Notes under the pieces: generated by a model
The model's input: the letters and a program-made list of their open reading frames with translations, nothing else
What the model was told of the DNA's origin: nothing
Databases searched by the model: none
DNA from: Octopus bimaculoides
Taxonomy: Eukaryota
NCBI RefSeq assembly: GCF_001194135.2
Contig: NC_068992.1
Location: forward strand, 19,031,182 to 19,095,181
Reading direction: 5' to 3'
Length of the DNA stretch: 64,000 nt
Position numbers and translations under genes: made by a program
Shown: one piece after another, positions 51,985 through 64,000 of the stretch
How positions within the stretch are numbered: the first letter of the stretch is position 1
How the letters are laid out: every line of letters begins with the position of its first letter

Positions 51985-53160
51985 CGCCCATTAGCATTTT
52001 GTGAAACTACTTAGCAGCATTTCGCCTGTATTTACTTTCAGAGTTCAAATTCCACCGAGGACGATCTTATTTTTCACCGTTTCGGGGACCATAAAATAAG
52101 TACTAGTTGAGCGCTGGAGTCGATATAATCGACTTGTCTCCCACTACTGAAATTGCTGGCCTTGTGACACAATTTGAGTGCAATGATTCCGAAAGATGAC
52201 ATTGAATTTGCATTCTTAGCACTTTCTGGCAGATTCGAACGTGAATATGTAAATCGCTGTTGAAATTCTTCAGTGGAGAACAACTTGCAGGCGAATGCGT
52301 GATTAATAACACTGTGCGAGATACAATAGGGTAAAGAAGATTTCGGAAAACCGTTGTTTCGACATTTTGCACATGACTTACCACTGTACACATTCTTTCA
52401 TTCGTTTCAGCTATGCGGTTGTGGTCATACTCGAGCACCATATGATGATTTTTAGTTCCAATTTAGGATCTATGCTAGGTCTTTTGAGAGGAGCAGACCT
52501 CCCAAAAGAAAGCCGATTTAATCAATTATAATACATGAATGGTCTTCTGTTTTATGGGACCTGAAAGGTGAAGGTGACTTTCGTCACCTTTGCCTTTCAT
52601 CCCGGGATCTGATTTGAACTCAGAGACTAAAGAGCTATAACTAAATGCCGCAACGCATTTTGTTCAACGCTCTAGCGGCGCCGCTGTAAAATCAACACTC
52701 TACTGCTCTTTAAATGATATTGGGTCGAGTTATTTCGGGGTTGTTTGTTAGTCTATAGCATCAGACCAAGCACATCACTCGTATTTTATTCATCGACTCT
52801 GGAATTCTGAAGTACAATGATCACTTCGGTGTGATTAGAAATTGAATTAAAGCGTCGGATTAAATACAATGAATCGTCTTTGCAAACTCCCTAAGAAATC
52901 TGCCTGCCTGCCTGCCGGCTTTGTCCTTTCCATAGCAAAATTTCCTAATCTCAGCACAAGGCCTTCAGTATTTGAGGGGAGGTATTAGTATTATTCGGGA
53001 TAATTTATCTCAAAACATGGCAAGTATTATATTGTATCAGTCCTGAAGTCCTGAAGTAATGGAACGGCGTGAATTGAACTCAGAATGTAAAGATCCGTAA
53101 CAAATACAGCAAACTATTTTTCCCCGACGCCATCATGATCCCGCCAGCTCGCCGTCAATC
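51985..53160. mobile_element. Cluster of family-B SINEs (+ 51985-52180; - 52490-52690; - 52930-53160)
   Basis: agagttcaaattccaccgagg; gaactcagag; gaactcagaatgtaaag...cgccagctcgccg. Confidence 0.7.
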
Positions 53161-53247
53161 CTCTTCTTTCTATTAATAATTTCTAATATAAAATGAGGCA
53201 GTGAAGGTGGCGCGCTGACAGAATAACTGCTTAGCGGTATCCCGTCT

Positions 53248-54047
53248 CTGTGAAGTTATTGTGTGAGTCTATGGTGAACTGTTTATTGAATTGTTGCCGT
53301 TGTTGATTGAATTGTTGTTTGAATTGTTGCCGTTGTTGATGCGTTAATTGTTGTTTTGTTTCCCATTGTGGGGAAAATGGAGAAGGAGCCGGAGGCAGGC
53401 CAACGTTATGCGGCCGCAACGGGCAAAGGAGTAGACACGCGAGAGTTGGAGGTCCGCGAGATAGAAGTGGAGCCTAGAATGACGAAGGAGAGTGAGAAAT
53501 TAATCACAAAGGAAGGAAACACTTTGAAGCTAACGCCCCTGAAGGCCAACGTGGCAAAAAGAACGGTTATATTTAGAACCAAGAAGGCAGCCACGAGAAA
53601 GATAGACATAGCACCATTAGAGGTCATATAAGAACAACAAACCTTACGAGAGGGAGAAGATACGCCACTGAGGAGGTGCGCTTCACAACGGAAGAGGAAG
53701 CAATGAAGCAATAAAGGAATCAATAAAGCACTCCGCAGAGGCAATAAGGACAGAGGAATGGGTGCTCTTGCCTTCGTACTGCGGCAAACGTGTGGCCAAG
53801 GTGTAGTGACGTTAATCAGAAAGGATCCAGACAAGGGGGTCGTTTTAGATTGGGGTAGTGAGGTCGGAGCGTGGCCTGATCATCGCTACATTTGTGTTGT
53901 CTCTGTATTATTAATTTAATTCGATTTTGAAAATATCTTATATAATTTTTATATTCATATTTTATGTAAAACTATAACGTATTACTGATCCCAGTCCGTT
54001 GTTTTGTCCATTTCTGTGTTTGGCCCCCTGTGGGCAATAAAGAAATT
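53248..54047 (+). mobile_element. ORF1-only LINE derivative (HAL1-like) inserted into a family-B SINE
   Basis: Decayed ORF1 (KEGNTLKLTPL...EVRF...RTEEWVLLPSYCGKRVAKV), then 3' end tgtgtttggccc..ggcAATAAAg. The host SINE is split (53205-53247 and 54048-54215) with a degenerate TSD gtatcccgtct/ggatttcgtct. Confidence 0.7.
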
Positions 54048-54394
54048 GGATTTCGTCTGTTTTTATGTTCTGAGTTCAAATTCCGCCGAGGTCGACTTTG
54101 ACTTTCATCCTTTTGGGGTCCTTTAATTATATAGAAGCTGCGTACTGGGGTCGATCTTATCGACTGGCACCCTCCTCCAAAATTTCGAGCCTTGTGCCTA
54201 GAGTAGAAATGAATATATTTTAAAGAGAAAAATTAAAAGGTTAAGCGTGCGTGTGTACGTTTTGTAGGTTAGACTAGAATATATNNNNNNNNNNNNNNNN
54301 NNNNNNNNNNNNNNNNNNCAGAAAAAAAGAGCTGGTTTAGGTTTGCTTTGAACTTATGATAATCCGATTACGATTTACTTGGTGTAAAGTACAC

Positions 54395-55720
54395 TTCTTT
54401 AAATGTAATTTTATTGCCAGCCACAAGGGCCAAACACAGAGTGGACAACTCAAGACATGTAGGGACATGTAACAATTAAAATAAAATTATGAAACTATGA
54501 ATGATAAATGATAATGATTTATGAAGTATGTGCCACTTACCTAACCTCAGCAGCAACATTAACGTCCTTTCATATCCAATTAAAGTTAATATCGTATTGA
54601 CCCACTAATTTATCATATTCTATTACGCCCGGAACTTCCTTATTGTCGCATATCATTTCTCTGTATTCCGCGCTTCTTTACAGTCTCTTATTATCCTCTG
54701 GCACCAATGCGCCTAAAGTCATTTTTTTTCTTTTTTCCTTCCCTTCATGTCTATCACTTTTACATCTCTCCATTCCACTAACTTATCCACCACTTCCATT
54801 TTTACACCTTTCAATAAAGAGCACACAAGACAAATGGGAGGGGCGCTTTGCGTTTTTTTTTTTTTGTATAACTGCTGTCCTTTATTTAAACTTTTTTGTG
54901 TTGGTGGGGAATGGGTGAGTTTGGTGTCCGCAGGGGAGGGCGGGGTTGAGAAGGTATGAGTGGGGTGGGGTGGGTACGTGCTGGGGTTCACTTAAGCTAT
55001 CCTTTTCCCCTCTTCCTCTGTTTTCTTCCCGTAGCTTGCCATCCACCTTCCTCATTTCTTTCTTCCATCCTTTCCAGTTTCTTCTCTGCTCTCCCCTGGT
55101 TTGGATTAATTTTCAGAGGGCAATCCGCTCTAATGTGGCCCTTTTGGCCACATTTATAGCAACGAGAGATTCTGCCATCTACCCATACTTTCATTATTGT
55201 TTCTCCTACTGTCACTGTTTCCGCAAGCATCTCTAAGTTTTCCACCTTACTTTGTATTATTAATTCCAAGATTTTACCGTGCCAATTAGTGCCTTCCGTT
55301 TCTGTGGCTTGGAGTATGGCGACCTCTTTCTCGCCTCCTAGAAGCGCAGCCGCCGCCACCCAAGCCAAGTATATTTCAGGGGGGATTCCCTCCACCCTGA
55401 CCTTGGAAGTTCTTCTTCCAGGATATGTGGGTAGAAGGATTACCCTTTCCGTTTTCATCGATTTTACAGAGCTCTCCTTCGCTTTTTATCTGTTCTTAAA
55501 ATATACCTCAACAGTGCCATATTGGTTTCCTCTTGCCAGATTGGGCTCAACGCCTTTTCAATTTCGTCTGTCGGTTCATTTTATAATCTTTTTTTTTTCT
55601 CGATAGAACAGACTTTATACACAATTTTCCTTTCTTCCATTTCCTTTAGCATTTCTTGTGGCAGTGACAATTTTACGTCACCACCTTCCTTTTTTAACAC
55701 TTCTTTAAACATGTTTAATT
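54395..55720 (-). mobile_element. ORF1-only LINE derivative with gag-type zinc knuckle (related family)
   Basis: ORF 54997-55458 contains CYKCGQKGHIRADC; upstream broken frames give KEGGDVKLSLP and RGNQYGTVEVYF. No endonuclease or RT follows. It has the same 3' end tgtgtttggccc..ggcAATAAA at about 54400-54440. Confidence 0.75.
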
Positions 55721-57221
55721 ATTTAATTATTTTCTCAATGTTGATACTTTTACTTGAGCATATCGAAATTTGAGTTTGAAATTTAGCTCTCAGACCGAAG
55801 GGTTCCAAAATTCATAAAACAATTCACATTAGTGCATTGCAATGAGTGAATACCACCACTAAGTTCATGTTCTTTTATTCAATAATGCAACTCTCTTCAT
55901 TGCATATAACTAGTAACGCCAGTCTAAAATTGAAATATATTTTCATACTTATATCGTATGAACTTACTTTCAAACCATGTGTTCTCAAAAGACCTGACAT
56001 TCTAAATATTTTATTGCGGTAGTCGTTTCACCGAGGTAATGACACAGGTTTGAGTCTCACCAGAAACTCATATTTTATTTATATCTTTTCTGTATAATGT
56101 TCTAGCTAACAATTATGTAAATATACGTTTGCTTTTCAGACTTGTTTAATTCCTGACAAGTCGAAGAGAGAATCATTAACTTGTTTTACGAAATACACGA
56201 AAGTTACATCCAGACTTCATCAAACAAAATGCTAGCGTTTCACAAGTAGAAGGAAGTAGGTATTTCATTAAATGACTGCTCAATCAGAACCTTCAGATGG
56301 ATGGTGGTGGTGGTGGCGGTGGGAGTATATATATATATANNNNNNNNNNNNNNNNNNNNNNNNNNNNNNNNNNNNNNNNNNNNNNNNNNNNNNNNNNNNN
56401 NNNNNNNNNNNNNNNNNNNNNNNNNNNNNNNNNNNNNNNATATATATATATATATACACACATACATACATGCACACACACACACACGCATCACCGTTTA
56501 GAAAATTTACCTCTTTTATCAATGCAATCTATTAAGTGTAATGCTTAAAGAAGTTTGCAGTCCAAACATTGAAAGCAATAACGTAAGGAAAGACTAGAAG
56601 AACGGTGCAGAATATATAGAAATAAAAGATATTTTTGGAAGCGGTTATATTAAGATAAAGCATGTTCTGCGTTTGGCATTTATTAGATGAAATCGTGTCA
56701 CATGTTTGTATGAAAACCCTGGCATTCCGTGCGAACGTTGCATTATAGTTGTTATTTCTCCATTTTCCCATTTTAAATGCTTACTACATGACATTGAAAA
56801 TCTGAAATGACACTTTTGGTCAGAAATTCCATCACCGAATGGCATTCAACATTGTGTTAGCACACCAAATCTCTGGGTTTTTTAAAATACTGTTTGCATT
56901 CATTGTCTTGGTATTATTTACTATTTTTAGCAATAAGTTTCGTCGGCTGGAGGGTGGATATCTGAAAACACGCTGTGTGGCATGTGTTAGTCTTTCCTTT
57001 TTCGAATATAGTTTTCTTTTAGTTACTTACTAGCAGACTGCATCAGGGGCACATTTATAGAATTGATTTGCTTCTTGCAAGATGCTGCATGCACATAACA
57101 AAAGATAACTACTGCACAAACTTCATTAAATCGTTTCAATCGTATGACATGAAACTTTAACTTCACTCCTAAGTTATTTAGAAAACATGTAAACTTAAAA
57201 TATAAAATTGATAATCATAAG

Positions 57222-57379
57222 GGTGCAGGCGTGGCTCTGTGGTAAGAAGGTTGGTTCCCAACCACATAGTTCCAGGTTCAGTCCCACTGCGTGGCACCTT
57301 AGGCCAGTTACTTCTACTATAGCCTCGGACCACCAAAACCTTGTGAATGGATTTGGTAGACGAAAACTGAAAGACCGTC

Positions 57380-57423
<44 letters not shown>

Positions 57424-57730
57424 AATATGAGTATATGCATATATATGTACATGTATGTATATACGTTCATCTACATGTACATATAGATACATAACTGGGT
57501 ACATGACGTGGCAAAAGAACAAGGACAAAATGGTAAACAAGGTGCAACAAACAAGCAAGCCACATAGAAACATCCCCTTCATCAGCTGTCACCATTAAAA
57601 CTCCGGCGTTTCGAAGAATTAAGGCAGTACGCATCGTTAAAATGGTTCTTCCCACGAACACAAATTAAATTGTTTTCATGGAGGGTAGTGGCGGACGGAA
57701 AACAAGACAGGAAAACGAAACGGTGAAATA

Positions 57731-57770
<40 letters not shown>

Positions 57771-57950
57771 ACTATCGCTTGACAACCGATGTTGGTGTGT
57801 TCACGTCCTCGAAACTTAGCGGTTTTGCAAAAGAACAGATAGAATAAGTACTAGGCTTATACCATCTAGTACTAGTCTTGGCGTCGATTTCTTCGACTAC
57901 GGGCGGTGCTCCAGCATGAGCACAGTCAAATGACTGAAACAAGTAAAATA
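57222..57950 (+). mobile_element. Family-A SINE: head 57222-57382 and body 57765-57950, separated by microsatellites and another insertion
   Basis: ggcgtggctctgtggtaagaag...ggttcagtcccactgcgtggcacc; cgcttgacaaccgatgttggtgtg...ggcggtgctccagcatg. Confidence 0.8.
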
Positions 57951-58039
57951 ATCAGACAATAAAGTAACCCCAACTCTCTAAAATTACTGGCCTTGTGCAA
58001 CATTTGAAACTGTTATTATACTATTATCTTAATAATAAT

Positions 58040-58710
58040 CTTAAGGCTGTGAGCTGGTAGAATCATTAGCACGCCGGGTGAAATGATTAACGGTATCCCG
58101 TCTGCCGCTACGTTCTGTGTTCATTTTGAAAAATGCTAAACCGTTGCGCTAGACTTTGACAAATTTTATATCTTGGCATCTTAGCAACATCCTTATTATA
58201 AATATCCTGTTCTTATATCAGTTTCTCACAATAAAACTAAATCAGGTCAATTGCATAGATACTTTTAGTGTTTATTCTTTTCTACACTAGGCACAAAACC
58301 TTAAATTTTTGGAGAGTAGGCCAGTCGATTAGATCGACGCCAGTACGTAATTGGTACTTAATTCATCGACCGCGAAAGGTTGAAAGGTAAAGTCGATCTC
58401 AGCGGAATTTGAACTCAGAATGTAACGGCAGACGAAATACTGCTAAGCATTTCGCCCAGCGTGCTAACGTTCTGCCAGCTCGCCGACTCAATTCTTTTTT
58501 TACTCTAGGCACAAAGCTCGAAATTTGGGGGGAGAGGGACCAGTCAATTAAATCGACCCAAGTACACAACTGGTACTTAATTTATCGACCCCGAAAAGAT
58601 GAAAGGTAAAGTCGACCTCGGCGGAATTTGAACTCACAACATAAAGACAGACGAAACACCGCTAAGCATTTCGGCCGGCCTGCTAACGTTTCTACAAGCT
58701 CGCCGCTCAT
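58040..58710. mobile_element. Family-B SINE cluster (+ head 58040-58120; two tandem minus copies 58285-58490 and 58500-58710)
   Basis: Duplicated aaaggtaaagtcga..ggaatttgaactca..ctaagcattt..ctaacgtt. Confidence 0.85.
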
Positions 58711-58959
58711 TTGCATAGATACTAGAACATAGGCAATGCCGGAGTGAACGAAGTGCTTTTTAAAAGACTGCTTCTGTTTTGTGTTACTAATACTACTATT
58801 GCTGCTGCTGCTGCTATACCACCCGTATTGTGAACGCTACTGCTATTCGACCCACGAATAGTAGCGCTCCCAACCAGATTAGTAATGTTGCCTTCATAGA
58901 TAATCCTACATACTAACCGAAATATCCTGTTATTTATCTCTGCCGAGGTGGACTTTGCC

Positions 58960-59105
58960 TTTCATCCTTAGCTTAGCAGTTCGTTAAAAAGAGCAGGATA
59001 GAATAAGTATTAGGTTTCCAAAGAAAAATTCCTGAGGTCGACTTCTACTAAAATAATTTAAGTTGGTGTTCCAGCATGGCCGCTGTCAAATGACTGAGAT
59101 GAACA
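58960..59105 (+). mobile_element. Family-A SINE tail
   Basis: gatagaataagtattagg...ccagcatggccgctgtcaaatgactga. Confidence 0.7.
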
Positions 59106-60095
59106 CAATGCGCTTTGGTGTTGCCAGACATGTAAATTAAGTGTTTTGATTATCATTCCTTACGTACATTATAATATTCCGATGTATTCTAAAAAGAAAC
59201 ATGCATTGAAAACATTGTTTATACCTAAAATGGTTAAATATAGAAATGTGAAAGTCGTAAATGCTAGATGTAAAAAGAGACCCCCTTGTCTTTGTTTACG
59301 TCTATTGACCTAAATCGTAGTGGGCACATCAACCTGATTACTGAACGACCACATGTCAAAGAGGATAGCATCCAATTCATGACAAGGTCACCCGCCACAC
59401 TAAATAAATAAATAAATAAATATATATATATATATATATATATAAAAATTAGCAGGAAATGCTGACATCGTAAATTAAAGTCTATTAACTGTCAACAGCT
59501 GCCGCACACGTCCAAGATTATAGGGAAGCAGTTTAGTCTTCTTAGAGGACAATCAGTCACTCGTCACATACCGTGAGAAACACGCCGAAAATACTTTTTT
59601 AAAATGTTGTGAATAAGATGGTAAGGGGAAAATAAAGAAAACGAAAAAGTATAGAAGGAAGGAAATATGAAAAGGAAGGCGAAAATAACCTGGAGATATA
59701 TTTTTATTGGAAAATGTAGAAAAAGCTTAGACGTTTGAGAGACTGTGTGAAGATGTAACAAACATCATCATGTCTTTGAGCAGCAGCAATATTCAGAAAG
59801 TTAAAAAAAGAAAAAGAAACAAAGCTACAAACTCTATGTCTCTAACACACAGTGGGAAGACAAAGTTTTCATTCTTACAAAATGAATATATCCATAATTC
59901 ATATTTCATATACCTACCTACCTACTTACCTATCTATCTATCAACCTCCGTCTCTCTATCACTATATGAGAGTGTATGTGTGTGTATGTGGATGTATGTG
60001 CGGATATATGTATATATATACCTATACTCTTTTACTTATTTCATCGGTCTCTTTTGCGGAACCACTAAGGGGTTGTCAAGTGATGTTGGACACAG

Positions 60096-60136
<41 letters not shown>

Positions 60137-60674
60137 CNNNNNNNNNNNNNNNNNNNNNNNNNNNNNNNNNNNNNNNNNNNNNNNNNNNNNNNNNNNNNNN
60201 NNNNNNNNNNNNNNNNNNNNNNNNNNNNNNNNNNNNNNNNNNNNNNNNNNNNNNNNNNNNNNNNNNNNNNNNNNNNNNNNNNNNNNNNNNNNNNNNNNNN
60301 NNNNNNNNNNNNNNNNNNNNNNNNNNNNNNNNNNNNNNNNNNNNNNNNNNNNNNNNNNNNNNNNNNNNNNNNNNNNNNNNNNNNNNNNNNNNNNNNNNNN
60401 NNNNNNNNNNNNNNNNNNNNNNNNNNNNNNNNNNNNNNNNNNNNNNNNNNNTATATATAATTATATATATGAATATAACATGTATATGTGTGTATGTGTG
60501 TAAGAATACGAGATGATAGAAGAATAAACGCTGATCTTCTGAGCTGAATTAGCTAGCATACAACTGTTTCTGTTATAAGATGCGACTTCGCAGTGGACTC
60601 GTAGGTGAGTGCTTGAGTAAGACCTTGTAGATTTATCGGTGGCCTGAATTTAGAAGTAGTCTCTCTATGTATTC

Positions 60675-60880
60675 TTTTGCTTGTTTCAATCATTAGGCTG
60701 AAACATGCAGGAGCACTGCATTAAAGGGTCTTTTTCGAAGAAATTAACCTGAGCACTTATTCTTTGTAAGCCGGTACTTACTCTATCGTTCCATTTTCCC
60801 GAACCACTAAGTTACGGGCTTATAGATACATCAGCTTCGGTTAAGTGATGGGAGGGGAACAAACATAGACACACACAGAC
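60675..60880 (-). mobile_element. Family-A SINE tail
   Basis: cttattctttgtaagccggtacttactctatcg...cgaaccactaagttacggg. Confidence 0.7.
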
Positions 60881-61323
60881 GCATGAATAAATAAATAAAT
60901 ATATGTATATATATATATATATATATNNNNNNNNNNNNNNNNNNNNNNNNNNNNNNNNNNNNNNNNNNNNNNNNNNNNNNNNNNNNNNNNNNNNNNNNNN
61001 NNNNNNNNNNNNNNNNNNNNNNNNNNNNNNNNNNNNNNNNNNNNNNNNNNNNNNNNNNNNNNNNNNNNNNNNNNNNNNNNNNNNNNNNNNNNNNNNNNNN
61101 NNNNNNNNNNNNNNNNNNNNNNNNNNNNNNNNNNNNNNNNNNNNNNNNNNNNNNNNNNNNNNNNNNNNNNNNNNNNNNNNNNNNNNNNNNNNNNNNNNNN
61201 NNNNNNNNNNNNNNNNNNNNNNNNNNNNNNNNNNNNNNNNNNNNNNNNNNNNNNNNNNNNNNNNNNNNNNNNNNNNNNNNNNNNNNNNNNNNNNNNNNNN
61301 NNNNNNNNNNNNNNNNNNNNNNN

Positions 61324-61362
<39 letters not shown>

Positions 61363-61852
61363 CTGTATAATAATATATCAATAATATTTTATTCTCCGAT
61401 TTGAAGCGACAAGTTATAAATACAAATAAATGGCTGATAAATAATGAGCTAACCCCTGCCAAAATCGAACCCACAAATCAACGCTACCATGATTCCTTGC
61501 ACATCCGATTGGGCCAAACGCTTACCCATCAATTTCAGCCAATCCTGTGGTCGGGAAGCAAGCTGCTTACCACGCAACCTGTGCGGGTGTGTAAGTGTAT
61601 GCGTGTGTGTGTGTGTGTGTATTAACTTGGAGGGCACTGATAAGAGATACACTGTTAAATGTAACCAACAATCGGGCTCAGTATTGCAGAACACTGACCA
61701 GATATAATGCATGACTGCATAATATTTCTACAACTGTTATGCAACTATTTTTACAACTGTTATGCAATTATTTCGGTGTTATTTGATGAAACGCATCTGT
61801 GTCCTATGAATCCTTGAATAACATACATAATTTCTGCTGCTGATGATGACAG

Positions 61853-61886
<34 letters not shown>

Positions 61887-61948
61887 TATTATTAAGGTGG
61901 AAAGTAATATAGAGGTACAGGGTTCTGATTCCATTACCGTCAGCTATG

Positions 61949-61987
<39 letters not shown>

Positions 61988-62009
61988 GTGTATATATATA
62001 TATATATAT

Positions 62010-62190
62010 AAAGGCGGTTCGCTAGCAGAAACGTCACCCCAGTGGGAAAAATGCTTGACGGTATTTCGTCTGTCTTTGCATACTTAAAACAAAGTGCACT
62101 TTCAGGGTTCGATAAAGTACGAGCCAGGTAATCACTGGGGTCGATATGATTGATTTATCCCCTCTCCTTTAGTCTTGGCCAAAATTGAAA
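62010..62190 (+). mobile_element. Degenerate family-B SINE
   Basis: ggcggttcgctagcagaaacg...ggtatttcgtctgtcttt...ctggggtcgat. Confidence 0.65.
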
Positions 62191-62539
62191 CAAACATTGT
62201 TTTTATATATGCGTGTATGTACGACTTATGCACACACGCGCGCGCGCGTACACACAGACGTATCGATGCCCACACCCACACGTCAGTATATACGTAAATA
62301 TGTGACACTCGTCAGTGTGTATGTATATCGGTAATGCGTATGATCATTCAAGCGAAAAAGAGGCGAATTTCATACCCTGTATTTGCAATGGATCTAGTCC
62401 TTAATTATCGAGTTCAATTATTCCATCGTTACGATATTATTATTACGTGAATTGCTTTTACGTGCCTTCTTCAGGTAATTAGTGAGTCATCAGAAGAAAA
62501 AAAAAACATTAGTGTTCAATAGTTCTTTTGATTAGTAAT

Positions 62540-62937
62540 TGTTGTTGTTGTTGTTGTTGTTGGTACTCCGTCGCTTACGACGTCGTGGGTTCCAGTTGAT
62601 CCGATGAACGGAACAGACTGCTCGTGAAATTAACGGACAAGTGACTGAGCACTCCACAGACACGTGTTCCATTAACGTAGTTCTCGGGGATATTCAGCGT
62701 GACACAGTGTGACAAGGCTGACCCTTTGAATTACAGGCACAACAGAAACAGGAAGTAAGAGTGAGAGAAAGTTGTGGTGAAAGAGTACAGCAGGGTTCGC
62801 CACCATCCCCTGCCGGAGCCTTGTGGAGCTTTAGGTGTTTTCGCTCAATAATCACTCACAACACCCGGTCTGGGAATCGAAACCGCGATCCTATGACTGC
62901 GAGTCCGCTGCCCTAACCATTGGGTCATTGCGCCTCC
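62540..62937 (-). mobile_element. Near-intact tRNA-derived SINE with RTE-type 3' end and (CAA)n tail
   Basis: A box TGACCCAATGG, B box GTTTCGATTCC, about 400 bp body, ending cgtaagcgacggagtaccaacaacaac. Confidence 0.85.
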
Positions 62938-64000
62938 ACAGGCACATACATACACTTATGCGGACACACAGACAAGGGCACATATATAAAGACAAACGCA
63001 CTCACTCACAAACACATATAAACAGACACACACACACACATATACACATGCAAAAATTATCACTCACGTGTATATGTAAGTGTGCATATTTGTCAGTGTG
63101 TGTATACTTTTGTGTGAGCGGGAGTTGTATTCAGTTAAAATATTTTCTCACGTTTTGTCTTTATTTTCAAATAGTATTTCAATGGGAGCTTAGGTTTCAG
63201 GTTTCAAAGCATTAGATGCTGACGAAATCAAAGGCTATGAAATTACAATTTCAACCAGGTGTGTTTCATCTAACATCCCACAGAAGTCACTCAGAAGAGG
63301 GAAAGAGTTGACCTGGTTACATTTTTTCACTGCTGATTCGTATCCTGAATACATCTAAGATGATCGAATCTAGTTTGTTAATGTTCTTGAATTCTTTGAA
63401 AACTTAGAAAAGGAAACTTTTTTCGAGCTCAAATATAATTTAAACTGTGTTAAATTGAATAAATAACATCAGCAATAAAATTTGCAGAGAAAATGTACGA
63501 GTAGTGCGATGTTCTTATTTCATTTAAAATTCTTTACTAGTTTCACATATTTAATATGATATAAATTACACGCACACTTATACATGGTCTCACTCGCCAT
63601 CCCTCTTCTCTCCCCGTCTCTCTCTTTCTCTCCCACTTTATCTCAATATCGAAAATATATGTAAAGACTTTATCTATCTATCTATCTATCTATCTATCTC
63701 TTCTCACGGACGTGCTGTCACATCGGCTGCGAAGGTAAACGTTTATTTGACCATTTACTGTCCACATTTTGTTGGAATTTTTAAATAATTTTGTTGCGAA
63801 GCACCTAGGCTTCATTTGTGTGTATTTTCAAGGGCAGGAATTGGCCCCCAGGGGCAGTTTCGGCCCTAGCAAAATACAAAAATTTCCTTCTTGACATTTG
63901 AAAAATGTCGAGAAACATAATTTTGGAACGCTTGTCTTGTTCTTTTGACAAGCATTTCCAGAAGAGAAAAAAAGAACAGAATAGCGCGTGCTCATGCAGT

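Larger units (their letters stand above)
8877..61323. other. 13 assembly gaps (N runs)
   Basis: Approximately 8877, 13283, 16829, 26675, 29271, 30980, 34984, 41433, 46242, 54285, 56340, 60138 and 60927. Nearly all abut microsatellites, as expected for a short-read assembly. Confidence 0.95.

Noticed and set aside
57560-57625. GAAAC...CTGATGA on the minus strand suggesting a type II hammerhead
   Set aside because: There is no room for stem I and the cleavage triplet is GAC.
59290-59392. FoxO-like TTGTTTAC and nuclear-receptor half-sites upstream of the insulin-like gene
   Set aside because: These short motifs recur elsewhere in the window and are expected by chance.
1166-62025. Dozens of ORFs rich in YI/CV/HT/X residues
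   Set aside because: They are translations of (TA)n, (CA)n, (TATG)n or triplet microsatellites and of N gaps.
1-64000. CRISPR arrays, rRNA genes or prokaryotic operons
   Set aside because: The sequence is eukaryotic; no repeat-spacer array or rRNA sequence was seen. The 59-bp and 150-bp repeats lack unique spacers.

Overview
AT-rich, microsatellite-dense eukaryotic DNA with 13 N-gaps. The SINE, LINE and microsatellite content points to an octopus (coleoid cephalopod) scaffold; this is inferred from repeat content, not from a database match. Only one protein-coding gene is well supported: a molluscan insulin-related peptide precursor (51037-51426, minus strand). It is unusual in having an uninterrupted CDS, 10 cysteines (canonical 6 + the mollusc-specific pair + 2 extra), Ala in place of the B8 Gly and altered dibasic sites. 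A possible decayed second copy lies just downstream. The rest is mostly mobile DNA: many tRNA-derived SINEs, a head-to-tail pile of R4/Dong-type retrotransposon 3' ends separated by (TAA)n, two convergent ORF1-only (HAL1-like) LINE derivatives, a maT-like Tc1/mariner remnant, a CR1-group 3' end and Penelope remnants. Several minimal hammerhead-ribozyme motifs are present, and one sits downstream of a tRNA-like Pol III head (retrozyme-like composite). Most ORFs in the supplied track are microsatellite or N-gap artefacts. Repeat coordinates are approximate and were read by eye.
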